A stretch of 63,401 nt of DNA, filler included, from Cercozoa sp. M6MM (taxonomy: Eukaryota; Protista; Endomyxa: Ascetosporea), in assembly GCA_040357565.1 (NCBI GenBank). It is 10 parts of 10 records of this genome, joined end to end, with 100 filler letters (N's around TTAATTAATTAA, not from the genome) between each part and the next. Parts side by side here need not be neighbours in the genome. Positions count along the whole stretch, not along the records: positions 14,879 to 26,322 come from JBDODJ010000402.1; positions 26,423 to 27,840 come from JBDODJ010002039.1; positions 27,941 to 29,837 come from JBDODJ010001889.1; 7 more parts are not named here. The stretch is one strand, 5' to 3'. The translations under genes and the position numbers were made by a program. Below are positions 15,030 through 27,949 of the stretch, one piece after another (position 1 is the first letter of the stretch; each line of letters opens with the position of its first letter). A model generated the notes under the pieces. The model was given only the letters and a program-made list of their open reading frames with translations, was not told the DNA's origin and searched no databases.

Positions 15030-15666
15030 CAGTATCGTTTGGCGCTAGGCACGGTGTCGGTGCCGGTGTCGTGTATGTACGCGCAGGAAGCTGAGTGCCT
15101 ACTCGTCTTGCGCTTGCCACCATAAACATCGGCTGTTGCCCTACTGAAGAAAAGATGTATATAAATTTACTGTAAATTTATCTGAGTCACTTGGACTGTC
15201 CAAACTTACAATAAATCGTACCTGTAGGTGCGTTGCTTCGGTACGACACACAAGAACGTGCACTTGTCGGCGGTGTCTGCTGAGCCTGCAACAACAGCTA
15301 ACCCCAACGAGCAAACTCAAGTCTAAAAGTACAGGCAGCATCCGAGCCGACGAAGCTGAACCCACAGTCGACGGAATTGTCGCAGTAGTTAGCTGTGGTG
15401 TTTTAGCGTCCAAAAGGTGGTCTGCGATGGATTCATCTCGTGTATTCAGAACATTCAATAGTTTTTAAGTCCTTGGACCAAGAAGCTGCTTGACTCGCAA
15501 CTGCGACACGTGCGCCTGTCGTGCTTGCTCCAACAGCGTGTATAGCGGCCCTTGTGTCACGAATTGCTGCTGACCACGAGTTTGCGTCAGGAAGTCGACG
15601 AAACGACGCGCTCCGAGCTCAGTTCGTCCGATTACTTGTTGCCTAGTATATACATAAACTTATAAA

Positions 15667-15707
<41 letters not shown>

Positions 15708-17807
15708 GGAGGCACGAAGTCAACCAACTGCCTCCAAACACAAAGTAAAAAAATTCACCACTGTTCCAGTTTCGAGCGAGGCAGCCCAAGCAACGTGTCG
15801 GTTTCTGCAGCCGCTTGTTTCGGTTCTAACGTGTCCAATTTCAGACGCGGCACTGAAACAAGAAAGCCTTCATCAATCAAGCTGCTGCCCGGAGAAAACA
15901 CCGTCGTAAATTAAACTTACCAGTTGGCGGTGTTTCAGCTTCTGTGACTGCCGCTGCTTTAAAGGTTGTTCGACCACGAAGTGCACTCAAGTTACTCGAC
16001 AGTAAGCGAGTGAGGTACCTGTTAGAGTTTTTTCAGTCGGCATGGTCGGCGATCTGTCAACAGGCACACGACGAACTTGGCAGTTATCGCCAATGTCCTC
16101 CTTCACGAGTGACTAACACAACAGATGTTGGTGCAGACAAAAGAACGTGACTGAACTTCAGTTACCATAGCGTATAGTCGGTCGGCTTCTTCTTGTCGCA
16201 GCCTTCGTTCCTGTTCTTCTCCTTGATCGTGAAGACGTTTCATTTCTTGTTTCTCTTGGGCAACTCGAGCTGCTTCCACTGCAGACAGTCTTGACTGCAC
16301 AAAAATACTCAGCAAATTGAAGCGAAGATGTAAGATTTACATTAAGTAAGGCCAAAGTTACACTAACAAGCTGCAGGCGCTGGTACTCTTGCTGCTGTGC
16401 AATGACATCGATAGGAGTGTCGTTGTTTGCCTGGTATGCCAAAGACGGGTCGCTCAAGCCGTCATTGCTTTGTGTATCTCGAGTTTCGCTCGCTCTATGC
16501 AAAGCAGGTGGTTCCTGTGGCACGGTCGTGGGCGAAGTCGATGCTTCCACGACTCCGGTCGGTTCGAAGTCGCTCGCCAAGTATTTCAGGCTTCGATCTA
16601 CAACAAACGATGCCTCTTATGATTCCACAAGTGGCAGGAGGAAACTTCGGACCTTCCTTCAGCGGCAAAGGAGGCAAGGGAGGCTTGACTTCCTCTTCTT
16701 CCTCTTCTTCCTCGAGTTCACTTGGAGGCGTCGGCGGAAGCTCGTCATCATCGTCAATTGCGAGATCAAACTCAATCACCATGTCCTGGTTGAAGCAGGA
16801 TTGCTTCGACACCTCAACTGCACTGGGCAGCAGAACTTCGGGAAAGGAAGAGCAAACAGAGTCTGGTATCTGACGCGGTAAATTCGCAGGCGGCAAAGGC
16901 TCTTTCTGAAATTAATTTCATTTTTAATCGGTTCAGTTTGGTTTCAGTTCAGACAGAGAGCCAATTTACTCTGAGAATCTTCGCTAACGCTGCTTCTTCT
17001 TCAGTAGTCGGTCGTCTATCAATTTACTGCGTGTTTTGGACAAGGAAACAGAGGAAAGGCTTCGTACACTGACACTGTCAGCAAGAAGTAAGTTCGCGCA
17101 ATCTAACAAAACAAAGCAGTATGCCGAAATGTGACCTTCGAGAAACCCGGAAGGCCAAAACTGACAAGTGTGCGAAGGTTCGGAATGCCAGTCTTGTACA
17201 ACAGCTTCGGTTGCCCATTCTCTGCAAAGTACTTCTTGCGTGTTGCAATGGCTCCCTGACTGGTTTCGTCTTTCACCATGTGCCACATCCACTCGTCAGG
17301 TCTAAATTAAACGAAATAAAGGTGCTTCCGCCGGCAGCCGCTAGAAGTAAATTTAAAGAAAGGACTCGTACCGGTCGCTTTCAATGTGGAAATGCGCCAT
17401 GATGCTTCGGATTTTGTTGGTGCGAAAGTAAACGTTGAAACTGCACATGTCTTCAATTTCATGCTGCAAGCGAGCGTAAGGCGGCGGATCACTTGCTAGC
17501 TGTCTCACTTGTTCATTTACATGTTGCAGCACTTTTACTTGGCTCGCAGCAAACACTACGACTTGAAACAACACAGATTAATCCCAGGGCATCAAACAAG
17601 GCCACCAAACAAATACGGTCCATTGCACCTGTAACGGTGCATAAGAAGACGATTGAGATAATCAACATCTGACTGCCTGGAAGCTTTTATTGGTTTTAGA
17701 GCATGACTATTGTCAAATGCAAAAGATGCGGTTGCGAGGCTACAGTACTTCGCGGCGTGCATTAACGACCCTCACTAAATTTACCAAAAGACCCGAACAC
17801 TCGGCAT
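15030..17807 (-). CDS. Hypothetical multi-exon protein with Pro-rich/acidic and coiled-coil segments
   Basis: Minus-strand exon-like blocks bounded by GT-AG (DDDDELPPTPPSELEEEE..PPLPPLP; EAARVAQEKQEMKRL..); no family recognised; ends approximate. Confidence 0.45.
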
Positions 17808-18001
17808 GCCACGTCGCGCAAAAGAGTCGCGTGCCTTTTGAGTTATCGCAGCTCGTTCTTGCCTCAGTTAGCTAGTGATCGTGTGCGCTTGGGCAAACAA
17901 CTCTGCAACCAGGAAAGTCAAACAGCTCATTGCAGAAAACAATCGAGTTCGTCTTGAGGCACAACTGACAAAACCCACGACAGTCAAGTAAGTTGACTGC
18001 C

Positions 18002-21000
18002 ATGACGAGTCGACACGTCACTAAAACGACAGAGCAAGAGCGCTTAAAGCGTGATGACGCCGCTATTGTGTCGTGGGTCAATTTTGTTCTGGCGTTGGAC
18101 AAGCGTGCCAGTGCCAGCAACGACGATGACCCAGCAGAAATCGCAGTTCTCAAGAAATCGAAGCGTAAGAGTCGCCAGCGACCGCAGAGTGCTACGGAAT
18201 TAGTACAGCCGCTATGTAGCGCCAAGGAAATGAGCGATGGAGTTCACTTGTGTAAGTCTTTGGTTTTTTGTTCTTTTTGCAGTCAGTTCGGTCGATTGTT
18301 GTAGGTCTGGTGGCTGAGCGTGTGACAGGCGAAAAGTTGCGCGGTGGTGGGCGACGTGGTGGGCGTGCATGGTATTTGGAACCTCGGCACCAAGTGCACC
18401 GCCATGAGAACGTGACGATGGCTTTGGGTGAGTTGTTCTTGCAGCAAGCAGTTTTTGTGTCAGTTGCTTTCATTTGCAGAGGCACTGCGAAAGCACGGGT
18501 ACTCCTTTGTCAACGTCGGTCCCGACGACTTTGTGCAAGGAAACGAAGTAAGATCGACCAGTTCTTCCTCCGCAACCTGGATAAGCTTGACTTGTGCTCG
18601 GACTCTGAAGAAGCTGATCGTTTCGGCCATGTCATGCATTGTGCGCCGCTTCCAACTCGGCAGTTCCGGCGTAAATTTACTTCTTCTGAATCTTCTCGAA
18701 AGCAAAAATAGTCCATATTGCGCACGTACTGTATCAATCTGCGTTTGCACGTAGCGCGAATCGATGCTGCAGTGGTTTTCGACTCTCATTGACGACGATG
18801 ACAGCACTTTCGATCTGTACGACATCGACGGCGAGACTCTGATGCTCGCTTTGGGTACTCTGTGTCAAGAACGCGGCTTTCCCATGCCTCTTGTCTCCGA
18901 AGACTCATCTGAGGGTAATTTTCAGTTTATAGAACTCCTTTACTCGCATTTTTGTCTGCTAATTTCAATTTTCACAGTCGAAACTGTCGCCGAAGTTGCC
19001 TGGCGTTGTTTTGGTGTGCCTGCGTCGCTTCTGCGCGAGGAAGAAGGCCCACTCGTCTCGACCTTTGCTTTGGAGTCCGTTCTCTTCTTTTTCTCGACCC
19101 CTTCTAGCTGTTGATATTTCAGACTCTGGCTTTCGTTGCTCAAGATGCGCACGGCAACGAAGCAAGAGGAAGTGCCGATCTGGCTGCCTCCACCGCCGAT
19201 AGAAAGTGAGCGAGAAGACACGGCACTGAGTGAAGAGACGAAACTCGAAATCGCGCGTGCTGCTCGAGTCGAAACTTGCGCGAACACAGCTTTCACCGAG
19301 AGTCAAGTCAAAACAAGCTCGGGTGAGAAGCTGTTGTTGCTGCAATTCGACGACAGCGTGAGCGACAGTGTGAAGCAGCAATTGCTGCCGCAGGATGTGA
19401 GTGTGAGCTTCGAGTCGAGCAACGGCTTCATCGCGGAGGATGTGCACATCGAGCAGTTTGAGTCGCAGATCGCGATTCGCTTCCGAGCACTGCGTTGCCT
19501 GACGTCGGCAACAGCACGTATCTCGGTGTTCGGACATGTGTGCAGTCACGTGCCTCTCTTTGTGTGGCCACGTGGCATGCAACTGGAGGTGTCGCCGCAC
19601 GCGGTACTCGAGGCGGTGCGGCCCACGGTCAGTGTGAGCGACGACACCGTGAGTCTTGAGTCGCACTCGCAGTACTCGCACTCGGAGGTGCTCAAGTCGG
19701 AAACCGTTACCGGCACTGGTGCCTACGAGATCACGGTGACACCGACACCATCGTCGACATCATCGCAGACCGTTCTGGTGCGTGCACATTTCGAAAGCGA
19801 CACGGCGCACTTTGTCGATCTGGCGTCGCTGGACATGTGCGAGGTGGCAGCCTCACCAGTCGTCCCAGTGGCACCGGCACCGTCGTCAGTGGCACCGTGT
19901 TCAGTCTCTCCAGTGGCACTGTGTATCATTCGCATGCTGCGCGACACGTGCCAGATGCGGCATGGCACGCCGCTGCGCGAACTCGCAGAACGAGCCGACG
20001 TCATCGACATCACGCGCGTCGCTCTGGTACCCCACCCCCGGCACCCTTACTTAGCACTTCCTTCATCAACACTTCCTTAATCCACACTCTTTTAATCCAC
20101 TCCCTTAATCCACTCTTTTAATCCACCCTTCATCATCTACCCCCCTCCCCTAGTTCAACGAGGAGACACAGGCGGACGGACGAAAGTGCGAGCTGACGAT
20201 GTCGGCCAAGTTGAGCAATCTCGCTGCAGCCGACTCCGATGGCTGTACCTTTCCCTCTCTCTCTCTATCGATTAACTGAGGTTAGGGTTCTTTTCGCGTG
20301 TACAGTATGCTACGCCGCCGTCTTTGTGAACGGCGCCTTGTCGCTGTGGCAGTCGTTCCACGTGGCACAGATTGACATGTCGTACCTTCGTCTATACTCC
20401 TTACTTTCTACCCGAAATACTAGACTCTCTGAGTCTGTAGGAAGTGCGAAGTTCGAGTGGAGTCGCCTGTGGTGCTGGCCGAGACGCCGCTCAAAGTACA
20501 AGCGACGCTCGCCGTGCAGTCGCTGCCGTTCTTCAACGTGTATCTTCACCACCACACCTTTTACCCTATTGCCCCCTACCTTTTACCTATTTACCCCCTC
20601 CTGTCCCATGTGCTCAGACCAGTGACGGTGACGTTCGCGGAGGGCGAGAAACGCATGGAGTGTCCACTGCACCGAAGCGACGTGAACACGTTCAACGGCG
20701 CCGTCGCACTGCCGCAAGGTGACTGGCACGTGACGGCCGCTCTCGAGATCAATCAGCAGACCGTCACTCTGCCGGTGACACTACTGACTGCACCGTCATT
20801 TTTGGAATCATCGGAAACATCGGGCAAACCGTCCTCGGTGCTGTCGGTACCGACCGTCAATGCCGCCGACTTCCGCGTTGATGTGCCGCCCAATGTCGAA
20901 CCCAACACCGTACCTACACGTCCCTTTAATAAATAGTCGTGTCACAAATAGACATCTATATTTGGACAAATGGACAGATCTGTGTGGTCGAGGTGATCAC

Positions 21001-22641
21001 AACGCAACTTTTTGCGACGGCCGTGGAACGCGGCTACGTCGAAATCGCCGTTCTGCCCGATGGCGGTAGTTTTACCCCCCCCCCCCCGTGGGGGGGCATC
21101 CCTTTTTACCCCTTTCCTTCCCGCCCTTCCGCTTACTACTTTTACCCCTTTCCTCCCCCATTCTTTACCCCTCAACCCCTCTACTTCTCTCCCCCAGGCA
21201 ACCCAGCAGCCGAGATTCTATCAGTGAGCACTCGGCGATGCGACACGTCCAAGTCGGTACATTATGCTTGTACTTCCAGGTACTTGAACGGTCGGACAAA
21301 AACTTGTTTGGGCACAGCAGAAACGTGTCGTGCGAATCGCGTGCGTGCCGCGTGTTTCAGTGCCGCACGCAACGCGACTGCGCTGTCGTGCACTCGCACT
21401 CGCTGTTCTCGCTGACGTCTTCTCCGTGGTAGCTACTCTGTCTGTTCTTGCCTTTTGGGTATTTTATCGCGTCCGCGCGGGCAGCACGAGGAAGGTCGAA
21501 TGCGACACCGATACCTCGTGCGAATCGCCGTGAATCGCTTGCTTCAGCGCAGTTTCGACCATCAGGTATTTTTCGACTGCAGTTGTATTCGGTTGTTTTG
21601 TTCCAGTATCGTTGTTGTTTCCGATTGTTGTTTTTCTTTGTTGTCAAAGCAGCTCGACAGTGCGACTCGCGATTTGTTGCTACGCGACGCGTTCGGCGAG
21701 TTGAGTGACGTGCGCTTCTCTCTGCCGTGTGAGGTGCCTCTATGCTTTAGTTGAGTTGCGATGACTTGAGTTGAGTTGCGATGTGTTGAGTTGCCACGTG
21801 TTGAGTTGCGATGTGTTGAGTTGCGATGTGTAGAAAGCTAAATCAAAAGAGCCGCGGCAACTCATCGATTCCGAACGCGATGCCACCGAAGTCGAGTTGC
21901 GACACTACGATGCTCTGGTACAACATCAACTTGAACCAAAAACCCCTGGGAACTGTTACGATGTTAAAATACAGGTGCTTCAGTACGCCAACGCGCTGCA
22001 GCAGCGGCGACGAGCGGCGACAGTACTGGCGCAGTTGCTGAGCGGTATTTCAGTGTTGAAGTTTGCCGGAGGCGCCAGCAGTGCTCGTCCCAAGTTGCGC
22101 AAGGTCAGTTTTCGAAAGAGGAGGGAAAAGGAACAGCAGTTAACTTTGTTTTCTTCAGTTGCTCGTGACGAGTGATGTGGCCTCACTCTACTGGTTTAGT
22201 GGTCGCAACAAGGTACGCTACTCTTTCGTTCAACAGTTGGGAACAGAGTAACAAACTGTCCAGCGCAAGGACGTGCCGCTCGCTAGCATCACGAGTGTTC
22301 AAGTCGGCAAGAAAACTGCCGCTTTGGTGGGTTTTCGCTGCAGTTTTTCTTGAAATACTCAACTCGGTCGTTTGTCTAGGCGCGTGGCGCACTGCGTCGC
22401 TACCCGCCTGAACTGTAAATACGCTCCAACTATTTTGTTCACAGAGCGAAAGATGTGATATCTTGGATACTTCAGTTGTGCGAGTGTTGTGTCTGCACAA
22501 CGCACTGTCGATCTCATGTATCGACACTACGCTCATCGCTGTGACGTTATCATCTAGTCACTGGTATGCCCTGGCAGGTTTGAAAACCGCCGTGATCGCG
22601 ACTGCTTTGTCGAAGCCTTTCGCACGATTCTGCTTTACCGG

Positions 22642-22694
<53 letters not shown>

Positions 22695-22823
22695 GGGGTA
22701 GCGTTGTACATACAATGTGTATACAATCCCTGAAAGTGCAGACGCGAGAAAGTTCTGCGTTTGCTCCGCGACACGTCTGCGCGCGTGTCCGCTGATGTCG
22801 CTTTCGCCACGAGTCACGAGTGA
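18002..22823 (+). CDS. Actin-binding protein: tandem calponin-homology domains, beta-rich middle region, C-terminal PH domain
   Basis: CH1: AIVSWVNFVL..MSDGVHLC..HENVTMALEALRKHGYSFVNVGPDDFVQGN; CH2-like: MLQWFSTL..DGETLMLAL..AWRCFGVPASLL; PH: LLSGISVLKF..LYWFSG..VPLASITSVQVGK..CASVVSAQRTVDLMFENRRDRDCFVEAFRTIL; ends ATSHE*. Confidence 0.7.
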
Positions 22824-23030
22824 ATGCCGAAAACTGCAAGCTGGCAATAAGGGGTCGAGTTGTCGAGTGTACACTTCACCATCATTGTCTGTCTGTGCAC
22901 ACACAGCACAACACAAACGAAAAACTCTCGCGGAATTGGTTCAGTTAGTTAGTTGAGTCTTCTAGGAAACCAACTAAGTAGTTCCCCTGCACCAGTCTGG
23001 GGTGGGTCATATGGCGTACGGTAGTCGAGG

Positions 23031-24617
23031 CTAAGCCTCCACAACAGTCCGAAGTTCGTCGCTTTCCTCGCTGGCCTTGACCTGCAGAGAGGGAGCGTAC
23101 AAATGCTCACGGCAGGTTGAGGTTCGTACCGGAACAACATGCTTTGTGTTGTCAAAACGAGTGGCTTCGGCCGCTCTCTGTGCAACGCGATAGCTCGGAA
23201 TATGCGAGATTGGAGCAAGCAAAAAGCAAAAATCGTACACGTTGCATCTGCCGCAAAGCAAGCGGAATGTGCGACCTCCGAGGGTCCTTCTTGTCCTTCT
23301 CCAGTGCTTCCTTCATCAGCTTTTGCAACTCATGCACTTTCTCGTGCGCTGTCTCGACAAATCGAAGGAAAACGTCAGCGTCAACGGCAGTACCGCCGCT
23401 TTTTTGCACGCAGCACCTAGAAGCAAAGTACATAACTCAATCCAAAACCTAAAAATAAAATTAGAGAAAAAGACACAGTTGTCCGTGCTGATTGATCATG
23501 CAAGTAAGACGCGCCTGTGATAGCAACTCTTCTTGCAACGACGGGTCATGCACTAGCGTTTCTGTACAACACAGGAACATTTAACACGGACAAGAAAGCA
23601 AAAACTCAAAAGCTCAACAAAGCAAAACAAAAAAGCAAAACAAACAAGCAAATTTCACCTTGAGTAGGATCTTGCAGCAGAGCGGCACTTGCACTCAACG
23701 GTGTGTGGTGCAAAGCCAGAGGCACTGGTTGCTTGTCGGTCACCTATATTCAAACAAGACAAACAAACTTGTTCACATTGGCGAAGCTTCCGCTGATCGG
23801 AAATACAGAGTGGATGATGACGGAGTTGTCGTGACTGTTAACGGTCACATCGGGCCTTCTAAAGTGGCACCTACAGCCCAAACAAAAACAGAAAATAAAA
23901 AACAAAAATTAAGTAAAATCGGCAATACAGGGCCGTCATGGCAGCCAACGAAGCGCAGTCCAGCACGTTTCCGGCATCGTCCAAAACATGCGTGTCCACA
24001 CGCACTTGCCAGACCTAAATACATATACACGGCATTTTGCCAAAAACATCGCAGCTTTCACTCAAAATGCTACCTTATGTCCAGCCAGCACACACAGCGA
24101 CTCGGCATCCAGTGCCCGACTTTGACGCATTCCTTCATCAAGCAAGCGGCCCAACTCAACCGCACGGAAACTCCCACCGTCACCGCCCTGCCCCCCATTT
24201 TGCAACCCCAATTTAAAATCAAAACTTTAGTTACTCACGAAATACAAAGCACAAAAGCAAAAAAAGGGATACCGCAATGGCATGAGCAGGCGTCGCCATA
24301 GGTCCATAGTGCGCCTGGAACTGTAAGATACCCTCAGCGGGCCGATCGGAGCGTGGAGCAACGAGATCACCACTCACGACACACATGACCTAAAAAGCAT
24401 CAGTTTTAACTCCGGATACCCATGGTGTCCCCCTGCTGTTACTTTGTACCTTGGTGTCACCAATGCTTGCAACGACTGTGCCTTGTTGAGCACCAAATTC
24501 AATCTTGACCTCGCGCGACTCGTCCAGCGACCGGGCATCCGCACGGATACCAGCGCGCAAGGAGCTCAGGATGAACTCGCGCTCGCAGGTGGACAGCGGC
24601 GGCTCCAAATCACTCAT
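23031..24617 (-). CDS. RRP45: Exosome complex component RRP45 (EXOSC9)
   Basis: PLSTCEREFILSSLRAGIRADARSLDESREVKIEFG; DRPAEGIL; RALDAESLCVLAGHK; HVLDDAGNVLDCASLAAMTAL; HFRRPDVTV; CCVQKSGG. Confidence 0.92.
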
Positions 24618-24734
24618 TCGACCAGGAAACTACACGCGCACACAGCTACACGCTTCTAGGAGGTCTAAGTCTGTAGGTGCAGTCGAACCGGGAGCGCTGA
24701 TGAAAGCCCTGCTGTACAAAAAATTAAAGCACAA

Positions 24735-25450
24735 ATGTTCTGCAAGACTGGTTTTGCACGCTTAAGCAAGTGTTTGGGCGTGCGCTATACAGATAATTTA
24801 TTTCTAAGACAGTTTTGTTGAGTAAATCGTGCCGACATGAGGCGCCTCGGCCTGCCGTTTTCCGATCCTCAGTTTTGAGTAGCACCTAGACATTTTTGGC
24901 TTAGTGAGAGCGACAATGATGATACAACGGAGACCCACGTACGCCGAGATGGTGAGAGAGAGCGCGCATCGAGAAGGTGGGCTGGGCATCCTTCAGTTAA
25001 GTTGACAAAATTGACTTTCCGTCTGTAGCGTCGGAGCGCGCCGCACAAGCTCGCAAGCAGACCGAAGAAGCGCAAGAGCATGTTGCTCAAGCAGAGGAGC
25101 AGGCTGCAGAAGCGAGAGAGGCGGTGCGAGAGCAGGTGGCGGAGGCCAGGGGACACGTTGCAGAAATCACAGACCAAGTAGCGGAGCCGCCGGTGATCGT
25201 CGAGCGAGAGACCGCTGCGGCGACTGCAGCGCCAGCAGCTGCCGGGGCAGCAGTGCCGGTGGCTGCGCATGCAGGGTCCGCTCCGACAAAAACCTCTGAC
25301 ATTGGGAAAGTCAAGGTGCGCTCGTCGACCTCATCCGGGACGTCAAGTGGAACGTCAAGTGGAACGTCGACATCAACCTCCTCCTCGTCGCTTCCGCGTC
25401 GACCACGTCCAATCGAAGCACACTGCGGGGCGAAATTGATTGAAAAATGA
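24735..25450 (+). CDS. Small hypothetical protein with Ala/Glu coiled coil and Ser-rich tail
   Basis: Last exon ASERAAQARKQTEEAQEHVAQAEEQAAEAREAVREQ...KLIEK*; putative start MFCKTGFARLSK; 5' exons uncertain. Confidence 0.4.
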
Positions 25451-26105
25451 TCATTTTGCCTTCACTCTCTGATCATTTTCCGGTTTTCCGTGATCACTCG
25501 TGTGATTCCTATATGAATTCATAAAAGCCAGCGCCTGGTGAGAAAGTGACTTGAATAATTGCCGTGAAGTTCTGTTATGAACGGGACAGTGAATAGTAGG
25601 AAGCAATGACCTTAACGAGGTGTGTGAGCATGGGTGACAACACAGGGCGCCAAGATGGACTCCAGGGCATAAAAATGAAGCAGATAAAATTATTTTGCAG
25701 GCTTGCCCAAACCTTGCTCAGCTGAGTGTGTATTGTGCAGCACAATGCACGTATTTGGATATATTAGGTGCAGATATCTGCAGAGTGCGGTGAAAATCGG
25801 ACTCATCGACCTGCAATTTTAAATGGTCGTTGAGGTGTTTCATACCTGCACATGTGTCGCGAAAATAATTCGTTTGTTGAATGTTCCAGACTGTCGTATG
25901 TCCAATCATCTGCCAGCGACTATGAGGAAATAAATATTGGCTCCGGTATTCTCGAAAACAAGAATGATCCACAGCAAGAATTTCGCTCCAGGCACTCCTT
26001 CAGGTGCGATCCGACTAAGTATCTCATGAGATACACACCAGATGCGCACTGGCTTCAGTTCCGCTCGAGATACGCAAATATCGTCCGTATCTCGTCGGTA
26101 TCTTG

Positions 26106-26156
<51 letters not shown>

Positions 26157-26279
26157 ACACGCACACACACGCACACACACGTGCACACACACCCACGTGT
26201 GAACAGACACACACACACGTGCACACACATGCGCACACACATGTGCACACACACGTGCACACACACCCACGTGTGCACA

Positions 26280-26322
<43 letters not shown>

Positions 26323-26540
26323 NNNNNNNNNNNNNNNNNNNNNNNNNNNNNNNNNNNNNNNNNNNNTTAATTAATTAANNNNNNNNNNNNNNNNNNNNNN
26401 NNNNNNNNNNNNNNNNNNNNNNGGGGGGGGGGGTAAGGGGTAAGGTGGGTTAGGGACAGGGGGTAAAGTGGGTTAGGGACAGGGGGGTAAAGTGGGTTAG
26501 GGGCAGGGGGTTAGGGCAGGGGGCAAGGGGGGTAAAACCA

Positions 26541-27105
26541 GTGGCGACGTCGCTCTTGAGTCGACGCAGCACGAAAGGACGCAGCAACTGCGGGGGGGGG
26601 TAAACAAAGGGGTAAACAGGGGAGTAAACAGGAGGGGGTGGGGGGGGAGGTAAACAGGGGGGTAAACAGGGGGGGTAAACAGGGGGGTAAAACCTGATGC
26701 AGACGCGACACGATAAGCAGTTTCTCCTCGGCGGCCAGTCCGAGTTCCTCCAACTCGCCACCCTCGCCTTGACTCTTCTACACACACACGGATATACACA
26801 GCGCACCTTTAACTAACTGACAGAGTAGCCGCCCCCTTAAATAGAAGGGGCCACCCCTTCATTAAAAAATAACGCACCTGGAACGGCTTGCTAAACCACT
26901 GATCGAACGCCGAACTCGCCTCGGTCTGGGGGAGGGGTAAGAGGGTAGAGGGGAGTAGAGGAGGTGGTAAGAGGGGTAGGAAGAGGAGGTGAGAGGGGGT
27001 AAACAGGGGGGTAAACAGGGGGGTAAAACCGTGAAAACTTGCGGCGCAATGAAGTGCAGCAGCGACCAGAGTTCGCGCAGATTGTTCTGCAGCGGTGTGC
27101 CCTAC
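26541..27105 (-). CDS. SNF2-family (BRM/SNF2-like) chromatin remodelling ATPase, internal fragment, copy 1
   Basis: [23 protein letters not shown] / [12 protein letters not shown] / [12 protein letters not shown] / [15 protein letters not shown]. Confidence 0.9.
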
Positions 27106-27254
27106 GCACATACACACACACACACANNNNNNNNNNGGGGGGGGGGGTAAGGGGTAAGGTGGGTTAGGGACAGGGGGTAAAGTGGGTTAGGGACAGGGGG
27201 GTAAAGTGGGTTAGGGGCAGGGGGTTAGGGCAGGGGGCAAGGGGGGTAAAACCA

Positions 27255-27819
27255 GTGGCGACGTCGCTCTTGAGTCGACGCAGCACGAAAGGACGCAGCA
27301 ACTGCGGGGGGGGGTAAACAAAGGGGTAAACAGGGGAGTAAACAGGAGGGGGTGGGGGGGGAGGTAAACAGGGGGGTAAACAGGGGGGGTAAACAGGGGG
27401 GTAAAACCTGATGCAGACGCGACACGATAAGCAGTTTCTCCTCGGCGGCCAGTCCGAGTTCCTCCAACTCGCCACCCTCGCCTTGACTCTTCTACACACA
27501 CACGGATATACACAGCGCACCTTTAACTAACTGACAGAGTAGCCGCCCCCTTAAATAGAAGGGGCCACCCCTTCATTAAAAAATAACGCACCTGGAACGG
27601 CTTGCTAAACCACTGATCGAACGCCGAACTCGCCTCGGTCTGGGGGAGGGGTAAGAGGGTAGAGGGGAGTAGAGGAGGTGGTAAGAGGGGTAGGAAGAGG
27701 AGGTGAGAGGGGGTAAACAGGGGGGTAAACAGGGGGGTAAAACCGTGAAAACTTGCGGCGCAATGAAGTGCAGCAGCGACCAGAGTTCGCGCAGATTGTT
27801 CTGCAGCGGTGTGCCCTAC
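27255..27819 (-). CDS. Identical second copy of the SNF2 fragment (likely assembly duplication)
   Basis: 27137-27840 repeats 26423-27126 with 714-nt offset across a 10-N gap. Confidence 0.6.
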
Positions 27820-27949
27820 GCACATACACACACACACACANNNNNNNNNNNNNNNNNNNNNNNNNNNNNNNNNNNNNNNNNNNNTTAATTAATTAANNNN
27901 NNNNNNNNNNNNNNNNNNNNNNNNNNNNNNNNNNNNNNNNAAACCCTAC

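Noticed and set aside
25500-26100. Possible 3' exons of a minus-strand gene
   Set aside because: No consistent spliced frame or recognisable motif could be built.
26423-27840. Perfect 714-bp tandem duplication of SNF2 exons
   Set aside because: Copies look identical including introns, are separated by a 10-N scaffold gap and are bounded by simple repeats; most likely a scaffolding artefact.
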